Shown piece after piece: positions 54,936-64,000 of a DNA stretch of 64,000 nucleotides. The notes beneath the pieces were generated by a model. It worked only from the letters and a program-made list of their open reading frames with translations, had not been told where the DNA came from and did no database searches. Numbering within the stretch: the first letter of the stretch is position 1; each line of letters opens with the position of its first letter. The DNA comes from Eubacteriales bacterium (lineage in GTDB: Bacteria; Bacillota; Clostridia; Oscillospirales; CAG-272). Where the stretch lies: assembly GCA_045643285.1 (NCBI GenBank), contig JAZUKN010000057.1:10076-74075 (forward strand). Reading direction: 5' to 3'. Position numbers and translations under genes: made by a program.

Positions 54936-55733
54936 ATGCACGACAATAAAATCAAAAAAGCATTCATCGCCGCTTTCCCGAAAACGCTCCCCGTCCTCGC
55001 CGGCTATGCGTTTCTCGGTATGACCTACGGCATCTATCTCAATGTCAAGGGCCTTCCCCTTTGGCTCCCGTTCATCATGACGGTCGTAATCTTCTCCGGC
55101 ACTGCCGAAATTATCGGCGTCGACATCTTAGCCGCGGCGTTCGACCCTCTCGGAGCAATTCTTCTCTCTGTCATGATCGGCGCAAGGTACATCTTCTACG
55201 GCATTTCCCTGCTCGACAAATACAAGGATCTCGGTTGGAAGAAGTTCTTCTGCATATACGGCTCAGTTGACGAAACTTTTTCGATCAACTTCCAGTCGGT
55301 CGTTCCGCCGGACGTCGACAAGGGTTGGTACTATCTCTTCGTATCGTGGCTCGACCACCTCTACTGGATCTCCGGCTCGCTTTTCGGCGCGTTCTGCGGA
55401 TCCCTCATCAAGTTCAACACAAAAGGGCTTGAGTTCGTCGTGACGGCGATGTTCATCGTCATTTTTCTTGAACAGTGCGTCACCGAAAAGAAATACTACA
55501 GCGAGCTTATCGGTATCGTCTCAGCGACGGCGTGCCTGCTCATTTTCGGCAAGGACAACTTTCTCATCCCGACAATGCTCATCATTCTCGCACTGCTGAC
55601 GCTCTTCAAAAAGCCGCTCGGCGAAATGGCTGAGATAAACGAGGCGTACAAGCTCGAAGTTGCCGCAAAAGCCGCAAAACCGAAGAAAAAACTGCTCGCG
55701 CACACTGCATCCGAAGGAGGAGACACAAAATGA
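54936..55733 (+). CDS. azlC: AzlC-family branched-chain amino acid exporter subunit
   Basis: 265-aa membrane protein with AzlC-like sequence, followed by a 4-nt-overlapping azlD. Confidence 0.86.
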   Translation: MHDNKIKKAFIAAFPKTLPVLAGYAFLGMTYGIYLNVKGLPLWLPFIMTVVIFSGTAEIIGVDILAAAFDPLGAILLSVMIGARYIFYGISLLDKYKDLGWKKFFCIYGSVDETFSINFQSVVPPDVDKGWYYLFVSWLDHLYWISGSLFGAFCGSLIKFNTKGLEFVVTAMFIVIFLEQCVTEKKYYSELIGIVSATACLLIFGKDNFLIPTMLIILALLTLFKKPLGEMAEINEAYKLEVAAKAAKPKKKLLAHTASEGGDTK

Positions 55734-56059
55734 CGACTGCTCAGTTACTCATAACGGTTGCCGCAATATCCGTAGGTACACTGTCGATGAGGTTTCTGCC
55801 GTACATCCTCTTCCCTGCCGGAAAACCGACGCCGAAATTCGTGCAGTACCTCGGAAAAGTCCTGCCGGGCGCGGTGTTCGGAATGCTTCTGATCTACTCT
55901 CTGAAAGATGTTTCGATCCTGTCGGGCTCTCACGGCATACCGGAGCTTATCGGCGTAGCAGTCACGACGGGCGTACACCTCTGGAAAAAGCAAATGATGC
56001 TCTCAATGGCTGCCGGTACGCTTACATATATGCTGCTCGTGCAGTTCGTTTTTGTCTGA
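55730..56059 (+). CDS. azlD: AzlD-family branched-chain amino acid transport protein
   Basis: 109-aa, 4-TM small membrane protein translationally coupled to azlC. Confidence 0.8.
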   Translation: MTTAQLLITVAAISVGTLSMRFLPYILFPAGKPTPKFVQYLGKVLPGAVFGMLLIYSLKDVSILSGSHGIPELIGVAVTTGVHLWKKQMMLSMAAGTLTYMLLVQFVFV

Positions 56060-56081
56060 TATAACAAAAAGGAAAAGAACT

Positions 56082-56846
56082 ATGGGTAAAAAAACAGCTG
56101 TGATAACGGGTGCGTCAGCCGGACTCGGACGGGAATTTCTCCGTGCGATCCCGACGTATTTTCCCGAAATCGAAGAATACTGGCTCATCTCCCGCAGCCG
56201 CGAAAAGCTCGAAGACGCCGCAAAAATCATAACGAGAGCGGATGTAAAGATCTTTCCGCTCGATCTCTCGTCAAAGGAGAGCTACGCACTGCTCGAGCGC
56301 GAATACGATATGCTCAAACCGGAAATCGCACTGCTTATAAACAATGCCGGATGCGGATTCCTCGGCAATGTCGGCGAAGGTGAGCTGGAGAGGCAGTCCG
56401 CTATGATCGACTTAAACCTCGGCGGTCTTACGGCGGTGACGCATCTCACCGTACCGTACATGGTGCGCGGCTCGAAGATAATCAACATTTCGTCGATAGC
56501 GTCGTTCTGCCCGAATCCGCGCATGACTGTCTACAGCGCGACAAAATCGTTCGTGACAGCGTTCTCGCTCGGCATCGGCGAAGAGCTGAAAGAGCGCGGT
56601 ATCACGTCGACTGCGGTCTGCCCGGGGCCCATGGACACGGATTTTATCGTCGCCGGCGGTATCAAAGGACAGTCGAAAGCTTTTGACCGTCTTCCGTACT
56701 GCTCGCCCGAAAAAGTGGCGCGCGGTGCGCTCAAAGCGGCGAAAAAAGGCCGCTCGGTCTGGACACCGACTTTCTTCTACAAATTCTACAGGCTCGTCGC
56801 AAAGCTCGTACCCGTGAAGCTGATGATGAAAGCCGCAAAAACTTGA
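56082..56846 (+). CDS. Short-chain dehydrogenase/reductase
   Basis: VITGASAGLG cofactor motif, NNAG and the catalytic YSATK. I chose the ATG at 56082 (AAGGA upstream) over the ORF-track start at 56052. Confidence 0.87.
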   Translation: MGKKTAVITGASAGLGREFLRAIPTYFPEIEEYWLISRSREKLEDAAKIITRADVKIFPLDLSSKESYALLEREYDMLKPEIALLINNAGCGFLGNVGEGELERQSAMIDLNLGGLTAVTHLTVPYMVRGSKIINISSIASFCPNPRMTVYSATKSFVTAFSLGIGEELKERGITSTAVCPGPMDTDFIVAGGIKGQSKAFDRLPYCSPEKVARGALKAAKKGRSVWTPTFFYKFYRLVAKLVPVKLMMKAAKT

Positions 56847-56873
56847 TTATAATAAACCGAAAGGAACACAAAT

Positions 56874-57629
56874 ATGGACAACATTCAGGGAAAAATCCTC
56901 GCAACGGTAGCAGGTCAGCCGATAACGGACGCTGACGTAACAATGGCGCTCATGCAAATGGGACAGCGCGGTCAGGCGTACAACACACCCGAAGGCAGAG
57001 CGGCACTGCTCGACAATCTCATCGCACGCAAGCTCTTTCTCATGGACGCGAAAAAGAATCTCATGGAAAGAGAGCCGGACTTCAAGGAACAGCTTGCGCG
57101 TGTCAAGGACGATATGCTGACGAACTATGCCATTCAGAAGTCCGTCGAAAGGGTCCGCGTATCCGACGACGACGTGAAGAAATTCTACGACGAAAACCCC
57201 GACAAATTCGATTCCGGTGAGACGTTCGACGCAAGCCACATCCTCGTCGACAGCGAAGAAAAAGCAGTTGAGATTCTCGGCGAGATCAAGTCCGGCAAGG
57301 TAACATTCGAGGACGCGGCGAAAGAGTACAGCTCGTGTCCGTCGGGCAAAGAGGGAGGCGCACTCGGCGAGTTCGGTCACGGTCAGATGGTGCCGGAATT
57401 TGAAAACGCCTGCGCGGCAATGGAAAAAGGCGCGTTGTCGGAGCCTGTGAAGACGCAGTTCGGCTGGCACATCATCCGTCTCAACTCCAAAAAAGCCGGC
57501 GGAACGATCCCATTCGGCGAAGCGAAAGACGAGATCCGTCAGGTACTTCTTGCCGACAGGCAGCAGGCGGCGTACCAGTCGAGAATAAATCAGCTTAAGC
57601 TGCTGTTCCCGGTAGACAAGCAACTGTAA
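56874..57629 (+). CDS. Parvulin-type peptidyl-prolyl cis-trans isomerase (PpiC/PrsA-like)
   Basis: 251 aa. The SurA-N-like N-terminal half is followed by FDASHILV and GGALGEFGHGQMVPEFE, the parvulin core. Confidence 0.87.
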   Translation: MDNIQGKILATVAGQPITDADVTMALMQMGQRGQAYNTPEGRAALLDNLIARKLFLMDAKKNLMEREPDFKEQLARVKDDMLTNYAIQKSVERVRVSDDDVKKFYDENPDKFDSGETFDASHILVDSEEKAVEILGEIKSGKVTFEDAAKEYSSCPSGKEGGALGEFGHGQMVPEFENACAAMEKGALSEPVKTQFGWHIIRLNSKKAGGTIPFGEAKDEIRQVLLADRQQAAYQSRINQLKLLFPVDKQL

Positions 57630-57637
57630 AAAAGAAA

Positions 57638-57665
57638 AAATCACGTCGAAATGGCGTGATTTTTT
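57638..57665 (+). terminator. Intrinsic terminator after the PPIase gene
   Basis: atcacg / 9-nt loop / cgtgat followed by TTTTTTT, with an A-run upstream. Confidence 0.75.
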
Positions 57666-57673
57666 GATTCAGT

Positions 57674-57924
57674 TGTGACAATCCTTCCGTCACGGCAAGC
57701 CGCGCCACCTCCCTTTGCACAAGGGAGGCTTAAATTGAGTCTCACGCTAAGGCTCCCTTGTGTAAAGGGAGCTGTCAACAAAGTTGACTGAGGGATTGTT
57801 CACCATTACATCAAAGTATTATTATCCCACATCACGACTTTTATCAAGTGAGGCTTTGATTAAGTCTCACGTTAAGGCTCCCTTGTGTAAAGGGAGCTGT
57901 CAACAAAGTTGACTGAGGGATTGT
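57674..57924. repeat. Q-type hairpin modules: one forward unit plus a 66-bp direct repeat of the inverted unit
   Basis: The forward unit is 57674..57728 (cctccctt-tgcac-aagggagg at 57708..57728). The 66-bp repeats are 57734..57799 and 57859..57924, with 2 mismatches and a 125-bp period. Each contains gctccctt-gtgta-aagggagc and gtcaac-aaa-gttgac. Confidence 0.88.
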
Positions 57925-58248
57925 GAAACCTGCTCGTCAATATATTCACACACTTTTTTGAAATTTGTGTTCACGTAGCTGTTGGCAAATCGGATGACTG
58001 TAAGACCGTATTGTTCAAGTAACGCTGTTCGTTCCTCATCGTATTGCTTGCCATCGGCAGTTTCGTGCTGTCGACCGTCAAGCTCAATTACAAGTTTGGC
58101 TTTGGCACAGTAAAAATCAACGATGTATCTCCCGAGTACTTTTCCCGAGAAAAGCGAACAGGATAGGTACTTAGAAAATCATACCATAAATGTTTTTTCT
58201 GAGCATCTTTGCAGTCGGAACAATGCTTTTGTTATGCTTGCTCTCCAT
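57900..58248 (-). pseudogene. DUF559 (Vsr-like endonuclease domain) gene remnant with frame disruptions
   Basis: The minus strand reads MESKHNKSIVPTAKMLRKN.. then (frame change) ..HLWYDFLSTYPVRFSREK then (frame change) VLGRYIVDFYCAKAKLVIELDGRQHETADGKQYDEERTALLEQYGLTVIRFAN... No intact ORF of 60 aa or more is listed in the track. The last 8 codons lie inside repeat copy 57859..57924. Confidence 0.75.
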
Positions 58249-58252
58249 AACT

Positions 58253-59080
58253 TCACTCTTCTAACTTTTCCTCGTATCCTTCGGGGAATTTGAAGTCCAC
58301 TATTTTTCTGAATGCTTCTTCTGCGATGGCGTGAAGTTTTTCGTAACGCTTTTTTCCCGTCAGTGCGGATGCGGTCGGGATAGTGCGAAGTGCAATCACT
58401 GCGTCTTCCGGAAACACCTTTGCGCTGTCAAAGAAACGGCAAAACTGTGTCTCGTTGAATCGTATCCCGTAATCGTCAATCGCGCCGTCGGGAATCGTTT
58501 CATAGAGCGAATCGAGCCGCTCAAATCCTCCGCCTTCCTTTACCATTTCATACTGATCTTCTGCGAGGATGAGGAGCATCGCATCTCCGCCGAACACCTC
58601 GAAAACGAATCTGTCGGCAACTTCTTTATTCTTAAGCGTATCGACAGCCGCGTCGACGTTTTCGGCTTTAGCGGCTTCGATGTATTCTTCGATCTGTCCG
58701 TCCGACATATAAACGAGGTCTTCGAGTCGGACATATTCGCGCCCATCGCCGTTCATGTCTCCCGTCAGCAGGCCGACAGTCGAGCAAAACTCACGGCTCG
58801 CGTTCGGCGTGATATAATCGGGACCTGCGTAGAGGATGCTGACGTCGGGATTCTGCCGATTTATGAGCTGTACGAGCGAGATCGCAAGAATTATGAAAAA
58901 CGCGCCGCCGATTAAAATTTTCGCCTTATTGTAGTGCCAGAAATTTGCGAGCTTATCGACCTTGACGGGTTCTTCCTGCTCTGTTTTTTCGTCGCCTCCG
59001 AGAGCTTTCAGCCGTCTTGCCGCGTTCGATTCGTATTTTTCTTGGTTTTCGTCTGCCATACCGTCCTCCGATCGTTTCAT
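58253..59080 (-). CDS. Hypothetical single-pass membrane protein
   Basis: 275 aa with an acidic N-terminus, one TM helix (ILIGGAFFIILAISLV) and an extracytoplasmic domain of about 190 aa. I recognise no family. Confidence 0.6.
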   Translation of the reverse strand: MKRSEDGMADENQEKYESNAARRLKALGGDEKTEQEEPVKVDKLANFWHYNKAKILIGGAFFIILAISLVQLINRQNPDVSILYAGPDYITPNASREFCSTVGLLTGDMNGDGREYVRLEDLVYMSDGQIEEYIEAAKAENVDAAVDTLKNKEVADRFVFEVFGGDAMLLILAEDQYEMVKEGGGFERLDSLYETIPDGAIDDYGIRFNETQFCRFFDSAKVFPEDAVIALRTIPTASALTGKKRYEKLHAIAEEAFRKIVDFKFPEGYEEKLEE

Positions 59081-59179
59081 TATGCTTCGATTATAGCAGG
59101 AATTTGTGAATATTTCAAGAGTAATTCTTTTCCGTTCTTATAACGGTTATCTTATAGTGGTCAATCGCTCGAAAACCGC

Positions 59180-59208
59180 TTGACTTCTCGCCGCCGAGGG
59201 AGTATAAT
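59180..59208 (+). promoter_or_regulatory. Sigma-A promoter for trpS
   Basis: TTGACT (59180..59185), 17-nt spacer, TATAAT (59203..59208). This leaves a leader of only about 40 nt. Confidence 0.65.
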
Positions 59209-59256
59209 TTAGAATAGAATAATAGGAAAAAAACAGTAAAGGTTCGGTTTATTACT

Positions 59257-60261
59257 ATGTACAAAGACAAAAAAGTCGTATTCTCGGGAGTTCAGCCGTC
59301 GGGTGTGCTTACTATCGGCAACTATCTCGGCGCTATCCGCAATTTCAGCGAGTTTTCCGACGAATACCACTGCTATTACTGCGTCGTCGACGAGCACGCA
59401 ATAACAGTCCGTCAGGTACCTGCGGAGCTTCGCAAGAGAACATACGAGACGCTCGCGCTCTATATCGCCTGCGGACTTGATCCCGACAAGAACACACTGT
59501 TCGTGCAGAGCCACGTTTCCGCGCACGCAGAGCTTGGCTGGATCATCGACTGCTACACGATGTTCGGTGAGCTGTCGCGCATGACGCAGTTCAAGGACAA
59601 ATCCGCGAAGCACGCCGACAACGTAAACGCGGGGCTGTTCACATATCCGTCGCTTATGGTGGCGGACATTCTGCTCTACCAGTCGGAGCTTGTGCCGGTC
59701 GGAGTCGACCAGAAGCAGCATCTTGAGCTGACGCGAGACATCGCAACAAGATTCAATCAGCTCTACGGCGACACGTTCGTCGTTCCGGAGCCGTTCATTC
59801 CGAAGACGACGGCGAAGATCATGTCGCTCGCTGACCCGACGAAGAAGATGTCGAAATCTGACGAAAACGAGAACGCAACGGTGCGTATACTGGATCCGAA
59901 GGATGTCATCATACGCAAATTCAAGAGAGCGGTCACGGATTCCGGAAGCGAAGTAAAGTATTCCGACGACAAGCCGGGCGTATCGAATCTGATGTCGATA
60001 TACGGCGCGTTCACGGGTAAGGCAATGGACGAGATCGAGCGAGAATTTGACGGCAAGGGCTACGGCGACTTCAAGCTGGCTGTAGGGGAAGCGTGTGCAG
60101 ATGCGCTCGCACCGGTTCAGGCGGAGTTCAACCGTCTCGCCGCCGACAAGGCATATCTTGAAAGCGTAATGATCAAAGGCGCGGAGGCAGCCGCACACGA
60201 CGCCGCGAGAACGATGTCGAAGGTGCGCCGCAAGATCGGGCTTACGGAAGTAAGAAGATAA
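59257..60261 (+). CDS. trpS: Tryptophan--tRNA ligase
   Basis: 334 aa. The class I motifs are a HIGH-like TIGNYLG and KMSKS (KKMSKSD), and the sequence is TrpRS-like overall. Confidence 0.96.
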   Translation: MYKDKKVVFSGVQPSGVLTIGNYLGAIRNFSEFSDEYHCYYCVVDEHAITVRQVPAELRKRTYETLALYIACGLDPDKNTLFVQSHVSAHAELGWIIDCYTMFGELSRMTQFKDKSAKHADNVNAGLFTYPSLMVADILLYQSELVPVGVDQKQHLELTRDIATRFNQLYGDTFVVPEPFIPKTTAKIMSLADPTKKMSKSDENENATVRILDPKDVIIRKFKRAVTDSGSEVKYSDDKPGVSNLMSIYGAFTGKAMDEIEREFDGKGYGDFKLAVGEACADALAPVQAEFNRLAADKAYLESVMIKGAEAAAHDAARTMSKVRRKIGLTEVRR

Positions 60262-60530
60262 GGCTACGCACGAGGTATCACACACCTGTATACCGTAGGG
60301 GAGGGGTTTCCCCTCCCGCGGAACGACCTTCACATACTTCACATCGGCATAAGGTAGAAAACGTCGGGGACGTTTTCAAATTATTTGTTTTGTCCTACGC
60401 GGACGGCGGACAAGAAGGTGACCGTCACCTTCTTGTCAATCTACCCGCCAAAGGGGGAAGGTCGCTACGCCCACTTCCCACACTGGACTCCCCTTTGATG
60501 CAAAGTAAATGCGAGACTTTCGTTCACTCT
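60262..60530 (+). repeat. Single forward copy of the mosaic hairpin-module repeat (short subtype), followed by AT-rich heptamers
   Basis: Contains gggagggg-ttt-cccctccc (60299..60317), gaaaacgtc-ggg-gacgttttc (60357..60377) and gacaagaaggtgac-c-gtcaccttcttgtc (60409..60437). attattc-type repeats lie at 60543..60560. Confidence 0.88.
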
Positions 60531-60614
60531 GTCCTATTTTTCATTATTCATTATTAATTCTATTTTAACCCAAACTAACAATTTCAACCTAACATAATTC
60601 AAAGGAGCATCACA

Positions 60615-61898
60615 ATGAAAACAACAGCAGTAAGACTTTACGGAGAAATGGATCTCCGTATGGAAGAATTTGAGCTTCCCGAAATCACCGACGGCGAAAT
60701 ACTTGCCGAGATCATCTCCGACAGCATTTGTATGTCCTCGTACAAAGCCGCTTGCCAGGGCAAAAACCACAAGAGAGTTCCCGACGACGTAGCGGAAAAC
60801 CCGATCATCATCGGTCACGAATTCTGCGGCAGACTCGTCAAGGTCGGCGCAAAATGGGCAGACAAATACAAACCCGGCGACAAATTCGTTATCCAGCCGG
60901 CTATGAACTACAAAGGTTCTCTCGCCGCTCCCGGATACAGCTACAAATACTGTGGCGGCGCGTCCACTTACGTTATCCTCCCCGAAGAAGTAATGCTCTG
61001 CGACTGTCTCCTCCCGTTCGACGGCGACGCATACTTCTACGGAAGCCTTGCCGAGCCTATGTCCTGCATCGTAGGCGGCTACCACGCAAACTACCACACC
61101 ACACCAGGCAAGTACGTCCACGACATGGGTACAAAAGAAAACGGCTGCATGGCTATCCTCGCAGGTGCAGGTCCTATGGGACTCGGTTGTGCAGACTACG
61201 CTATCCACGGCGGTCGTGCTCCGCGTCTGCTCATCGTTACCGATATTGACGACGCACGTCTCGCTCGCGCAGAAAAGCTCCTGCCGCCCGAAGACGCAAA
61301 GAAATACGGCGTAGATCTCCGCTTCATCAACACGTCGAAGCCCGAAAACAATGTCGAAGCTCTCAAGGCTCTCACAGGCGGCGACGGTTTCAACGACGTA
61401 TTCGTATACGCTCCCGTAAAGCCCGTAGTTGAAATGGGCGACGCACTTCTCGCGCGTGACGGCTGTCTCAACTTCTTCGCAGGTCCTACCGATCCCGCGT
61501 TCTCCGCAATGTTCAACTTCTACAACGTCCACTACGGCGCAACGCACATCGTCGGCACATCCGGCGGCAACACGGACGACATGAAGGAATCCATTTCCCT
61601 CATGGAGAAGAAAGCGATCAACCCGGCAGGCATGATCACACACATCGGCGGTCTTAACGCCTGCGCCGAGACTACAATGACTCTCCCGAAGATCAAGGGC
61701 GCAAAGAAGCTCATATACACGCACGTAAATCTTCCGCTCACCGCTATCGAAGACTTCGGCAAGGCTGCTGAAGAAAACAAGGGTACCGCTCTCGGCGAGC
61801 TGTTCGCAAAGCTCGACAAGATTTGCAAAGCCGCAGGAGATCTCTGGTGCGCTGAGGCTGAAAAAGTCCTTCTTGCATACGCAGGGGTCGAGGCATAA
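60615..61898 (+). CDS. Zinc-binding medium-chain dehydrogenase (sorbose-1-phosphate reductase-like)
   Basis: 427 aa. Zinc-ligand context DSICMSSYK and GHEFCG is present, and the Rossmann motif is ILAGAGPMGLG. Confidence 0.86.
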   Translation: MKTTAVRLYGEMDLRMEEFELPEITDGEILAEIISDSICMSSYKAACQGKNHKRVPDDVAENPIIIGHEFCGRLVKVGAKWADKYKPGDKFVIQPAMNYKGSLAAPGYSYKYCGGASTYVILPEEVMLCDCLLPFDGDAYFYGSLAEPMSCIVGGYHANYHTTPGKYVHDMGTKENGCMAILAGAGPMGLGCADYAIHGGRAPRLLIVTDIDDARLARAEKLLPPEDAKKYGVDLRFINTSKPENNVEALKALTGGDGFNDVFVYAPVKPVVEMGDALLARDGCLNFFAGPTDPAFSAMFNFYNVHYGATHIVGTSGGNTDDMKESISLMEKKAINPAGMITHIGGLNACAETTMTLPKIKGAKKLIYTHVNLPLTAIEDFGKAAEENKGTALGELFAKLDKICKAAGDLWCAEAEKVLLAYAGVEA

Positions 61899-61948
61899 GT
61901 CGCGGCATCGGCAAAACAGCCGCAGGATCAATTACATATAACTCAACT

Positions 61949-61989
61949 GACCGGAGGTATTCTCAAACGGATGACCTCCGGTCTTTTTT
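61949..61989 (+). terminator. Intrinsic terminator after the dehydrogenase gene
   Basis: gaccggaggt / 15-nt loop / acctccggtc followed by TTTTTT. Confidence 0.85.
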
Positions 61990-62061
61990 GCGGTTTAGTC
62001 GATCATTTTTTCTATTTTGTGATATAATAATACTGTCAGTTTACCGAAAGGAGCGAACACT

Positions 62062-62556
62062 ATGCCGGTTCATCCCATTCCGCCCGTTTTTGATTCGCAC
62101 TCGTCCGTACTGATTCTCGGCTCGTTTCCGTCGGTGAAGTCACGCGAGGTCGGCTTCTACTACGGACATCCGCAAAACCGCTTCTGGCGCGTGCTGTCCG
62201 CCGTTTTTGAGGACGAAGTACCCGTCTCCGTCGATGAAAAACGCGCGTTTCTTCTCCGTCACGGCGTCGCGCTGTGGGACGTTATACAGTCTTGCGAGAT
62301 AGACGGCAGCTCCGACAGCTCGATCCGCTCCGTCACACCGAACGACTTGTCTGTCATCCTCTCAACCGCGCCTATCCGTGCTATATTTGTTAACGGACGC
62401 ACCGCCGAAAAATACTACAGGCAGTATGCCGAGCCGGCGACGCACTTCACAGCCGTTTGTCTGCCGTCGACGAGTCCGGCAAACGCCGCGTATTCCCTCG
62501 CGCGCCTCACAGAAGAATGGGAAAAGATAAAATCGTTCACATCTATTGCAAAATGA
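62062..62556 (+). CDS. DNA-deoxyinosine (hypoxanthine) glycosylase, UDG superfamily
   Basis: 164 aa. LILGSFPSVKSRE, FYYGHPQNRFW and the C-terminal PSTSPANA are typical of the family. Confidence 0.84.
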   Translation: MPVHPIPPVFDSHSSVLILGSFPSVKSREVGFYYGHPQNRFWRVLSAVFEDEVPVSVDEKRAFLLRHGVALWDVIQSCEIDGSSDSSIRSVTPNDLSVILSTAPIRAIFVNGRTAEKYYRQYAEPATHFTAVCLPSTSPANAAYSLARLTEEWEKIKSFTSIAK

Positions 62557-62574
62557 AAATGAATATGGTATAAT
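62546..62574 (+). promoter_or_regulatory. Sigma-A promoter (extended -10) for the EamA transporter gene
   Basis: TTGCAA (62546..62551), 17-nt spacer ending TGg, TATAAT (62569..62574). It overlaps the end of the glycosylase gene. Confidence 0.55.
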
Positions 62575-62609
62575 AATAGTTGTATATACAAGACGGGCAG
62601 GTATAATGA

Positions 62610-63497
62610 ATGAAAAAAACAGAACCCAAAGGCATAATCTTTTTACTGATCGCGGCGATCGTATGGGGCGGCGCGTTTGCGGTACAGTGCATCGCGGCCG
62701 AAAAGATCACACCGCTTTTCTTTAACGCTTCACGTTTTCTTATCGGTGCGGTATCGCTGATTCCGCTCATCCTCATCTTCGAGAAAGGCGCGAACAACAA
62801 AAAGATGCTCAAGCACACCGTAATAATCGGCGTGATCGAGGGTTTTCTGCTCTGCTCCGCGTCATATATCCAGCAGGTCGGTATCGGACTGACGGACAGC
62901 GCCGGAAAAGCAGGCTTCATCACGGGTCTGTACATGATCTTCGTGCCGTTCATCGGGCTGTTTTTCGGTCATAAGACCGCGCTCAACTCGTGGCTCGGCG
63001 CACTGCTCGGAATCGGCGGACTGTTCTTCATCTGCATGAACGGAAGCGGCATGACCGTTACAAAAGGCGACGCACTTCTTATCTCGTGCGCGGTGATATT
63101 TGCCCTTCACATCGTGATAATCGACCGTTTCGGCGGAAAAATGTACTCCCTGCGGTTCTCGGCGATACAGTTTCTCACAAGCGCGATAATCAGCTTCATA
63201 GGCGCGCTGTTCACGGAAGACATCGGAATCGAGCCGATCAAAGCATCGATAATCCCGATTCTCTACTGCGGTATCTTCTCGGTAGGTATCGGATATACGT
63301 TCCAGACGCTCGGGCAGAAGTATTCCGAACCGACGTCAGCCGCGATACTGTTGTCGACAGAATCGGTGTTTTCAGCGGTGTTCGGCGCAATAATACTCCA
63401 CGAAAGAATGGAGCCGCTCGCGTACATCGGTTGCCTGCTGATCTTCGCAGGTATCGTGATATCACAGCTTAATTTCAAAAAGAAAAAGAGCCTTTGA
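62610..63497 (+). CDS. DMT-superfamily (EamA) transporter
   Basis: 295 aa, 10 TM helices, two EamA-like halves. Confidence 0.9.
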   Translation: MKKTEPKGIIFLLIAAIVWGGAFAVQCIAAEKITPLFFNASRFLIGAVSLIPLILIFEKGANNKKMLKHTVIIGVIEGFLLCSASYIQQVGIGLTDSAGKAGFITGLYMIFVPFIGLFFGHKTALNSWLGALLGIGGLFFICMNGSGMTVTKGDALLISCAVIFALHIVIIDRFGGKMYSLRFSAIQFLTSAIISFIGALFTEDIGIEPIKASIIPILYCGIFSVGIGYTFQTLGQKYSEPTSAAILLSTESVFSAVFGAIILHERMEPLAYIGCLLIFAGIVISQLNFKKKKSL

Positions 63498-63553
63498 AAG
63501 CAAACTTCTCATAAGGAAGTTTAGTTAAATTTGCTTCGCAGAAAACAAATAAT

Positions 63554-63588
63554 AATCCCCGACAGATTTTTACAGTCTGTCGGGGATT
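63554..63588. terminator. Bidirectional intrinsic terminator between convergent EamA and GNAT genes
   Basis: A 13-bp perfect stem aatccccgacaga / 9-nt loop / tctgtcggggatt, with A-rich and T-rich flanks. Confidence 0.85.
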
Positions 63589-63624
63589 GTTTGTTCTGTT
63601 CGATAAATTGGAATTTATCAATAA

Positions 63625-64000
63625 CTATCTTAATTCCTTAGCATACAAGCGGTCAATATCTCCACCGTAATTCACTATATCTTTTATGTAGGTGTAGCCG
63701 TACTTCTCATATAACCCGATATGTACCGATGGGATATACGTTTTATCAAAGCCAATACCTTTCGCATACTCATTTGCAAAATCAATTAGCTTTTTACTGA
63801 TCCTCTTGCCGCGATATTCTTCGGAAACAAACAGCGTTGATATCCATGGAAATATCTCGGGCAAGGGATAATAATCCGACTCCATAATGGTTACCATTCC
63901 GACAATGCAACCGTCTGCCATTGCTACGAATGGCGTTTCCCATTCCTTAAACTCCCAATTTTTGATCACGCGAACCGTATGCTCTTTCACTTCTTCCCAA
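63625..64000 (-). CDS. GNAT-family N-acetyltransferase (5' end probably beyond window)
   Basis: FVSEEYRGKRISKKLIDFANEYAK is an acetyl-CoA-binding-type motif. The frame stays open upstream of the ORF-track GTG at 63990 to the window edge (..WEEVKEH..). Confidence 0.8.
   Translation of the reverse strand, partial: WEEVKEHTVRVIKNWEFKEWETPFVAMADGCIVGMVTIMESDYYPLPEIFPWISTLFVSEEYRGKRISKKLIDFANEYAKGIGFDKTYIPSVHIGLYEKYGYTYIKDIVNYGGDIDRLYAKELR

Noticed and set aside
47048-57644. Other long antisense ORFs: 47048..47902 (opposite der), 50483..51556 (opposite the PHP gene) and 56847..57644 (opposite the PPIase gene)
   Set aside because: In each case the opposite strand carries a gene with diagnostic motifs, and the antisense translation has biased composition and no start context.
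59081-59256. T-box riboswitch upstream of trpS
   Set aside because: The spacer is only 176 bp. A consensus promoter at 59180..59208 leaves a leader of about 40 nt, far too short for a T-box, and no T-box sequence or terminator/antiterminator pair is visible.
59209-60342. 377-aa minus-strand ORF opposite trpS
   Set aside because: The plus strand encodes an unmistakable TrpRS (KMSKS and other motifs). The antisense product is Arg/Leu/Val-rich with no family features, and its ends run into the repeat element.
60534-61931. 465-aa ORF on the minus strand covering the whole dehydrogenase gene
   Set aside because: It is antisense to a gene with clear zinc-dehydrogenase motifs and has a Cys/Arg/Val-rich low-complexity composition with no recognisable family. 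It is a typical shadow ORF of a GC3-rich gene.

Overview
The window reads as a chromosomal segment of a spore-forming Clostridia-type Firmicute. This is inferred from spoIIR, a SpoVB/YabM-like flippase, the recJ-relA-dtd-hemZ and DUF512-der-plsY neighbourhoods, cdaA-cdaR and a type III glutamine synthetase. I can support about 50 protein-coding genes, mostly housekeeping: the atpA(3' end)-atpG-atpD-atpC operon, a glycerate kinase plus GntP permease pair, a heterodimeric ABC exporter, a Na/Pi cotransporter, greA, trpS and others. I saw no rRNA, tRNA, CRISPR array, transposase or integrase.

The most unusual content is non-coding. Nearly every inter-operon gap carries copies of a mosaic repeat built from short perfect hairpin modules, with at least nine arm-length copies. 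Two ~650-bp double copies have a large palindromic layout. There are also tandem mini-hairpin arrays with 3-nt GNA loops closed by a C:G pair. Stems differ between copies while pairing, loops and flanks are kept, which suggests selection on structure.

Other points worth a second look:
- An orphan, divergent glycyl-radical enzyme plus its activase, bracketed by two repeat copies.
- A visibly AT-richer 6-TM membrane-protein gene inserted behind the M32 carboxypeptidase gene, flanked by a 114-bp direct duplication of that gene's 3' end.
- A frameshifted DUF559 endonuclease remnant fused to a repeat module.
- A short ATP synthase epsilon that has only the N-terminal domain.
- An orphan BlaI-family repressor.

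All family assignments come from motifs read by eye in the supplied translations. No database search, alignment program, fold prediction or GC calculation was run. Start codons are my best reading of RBS spacing and may differ from automated calls.
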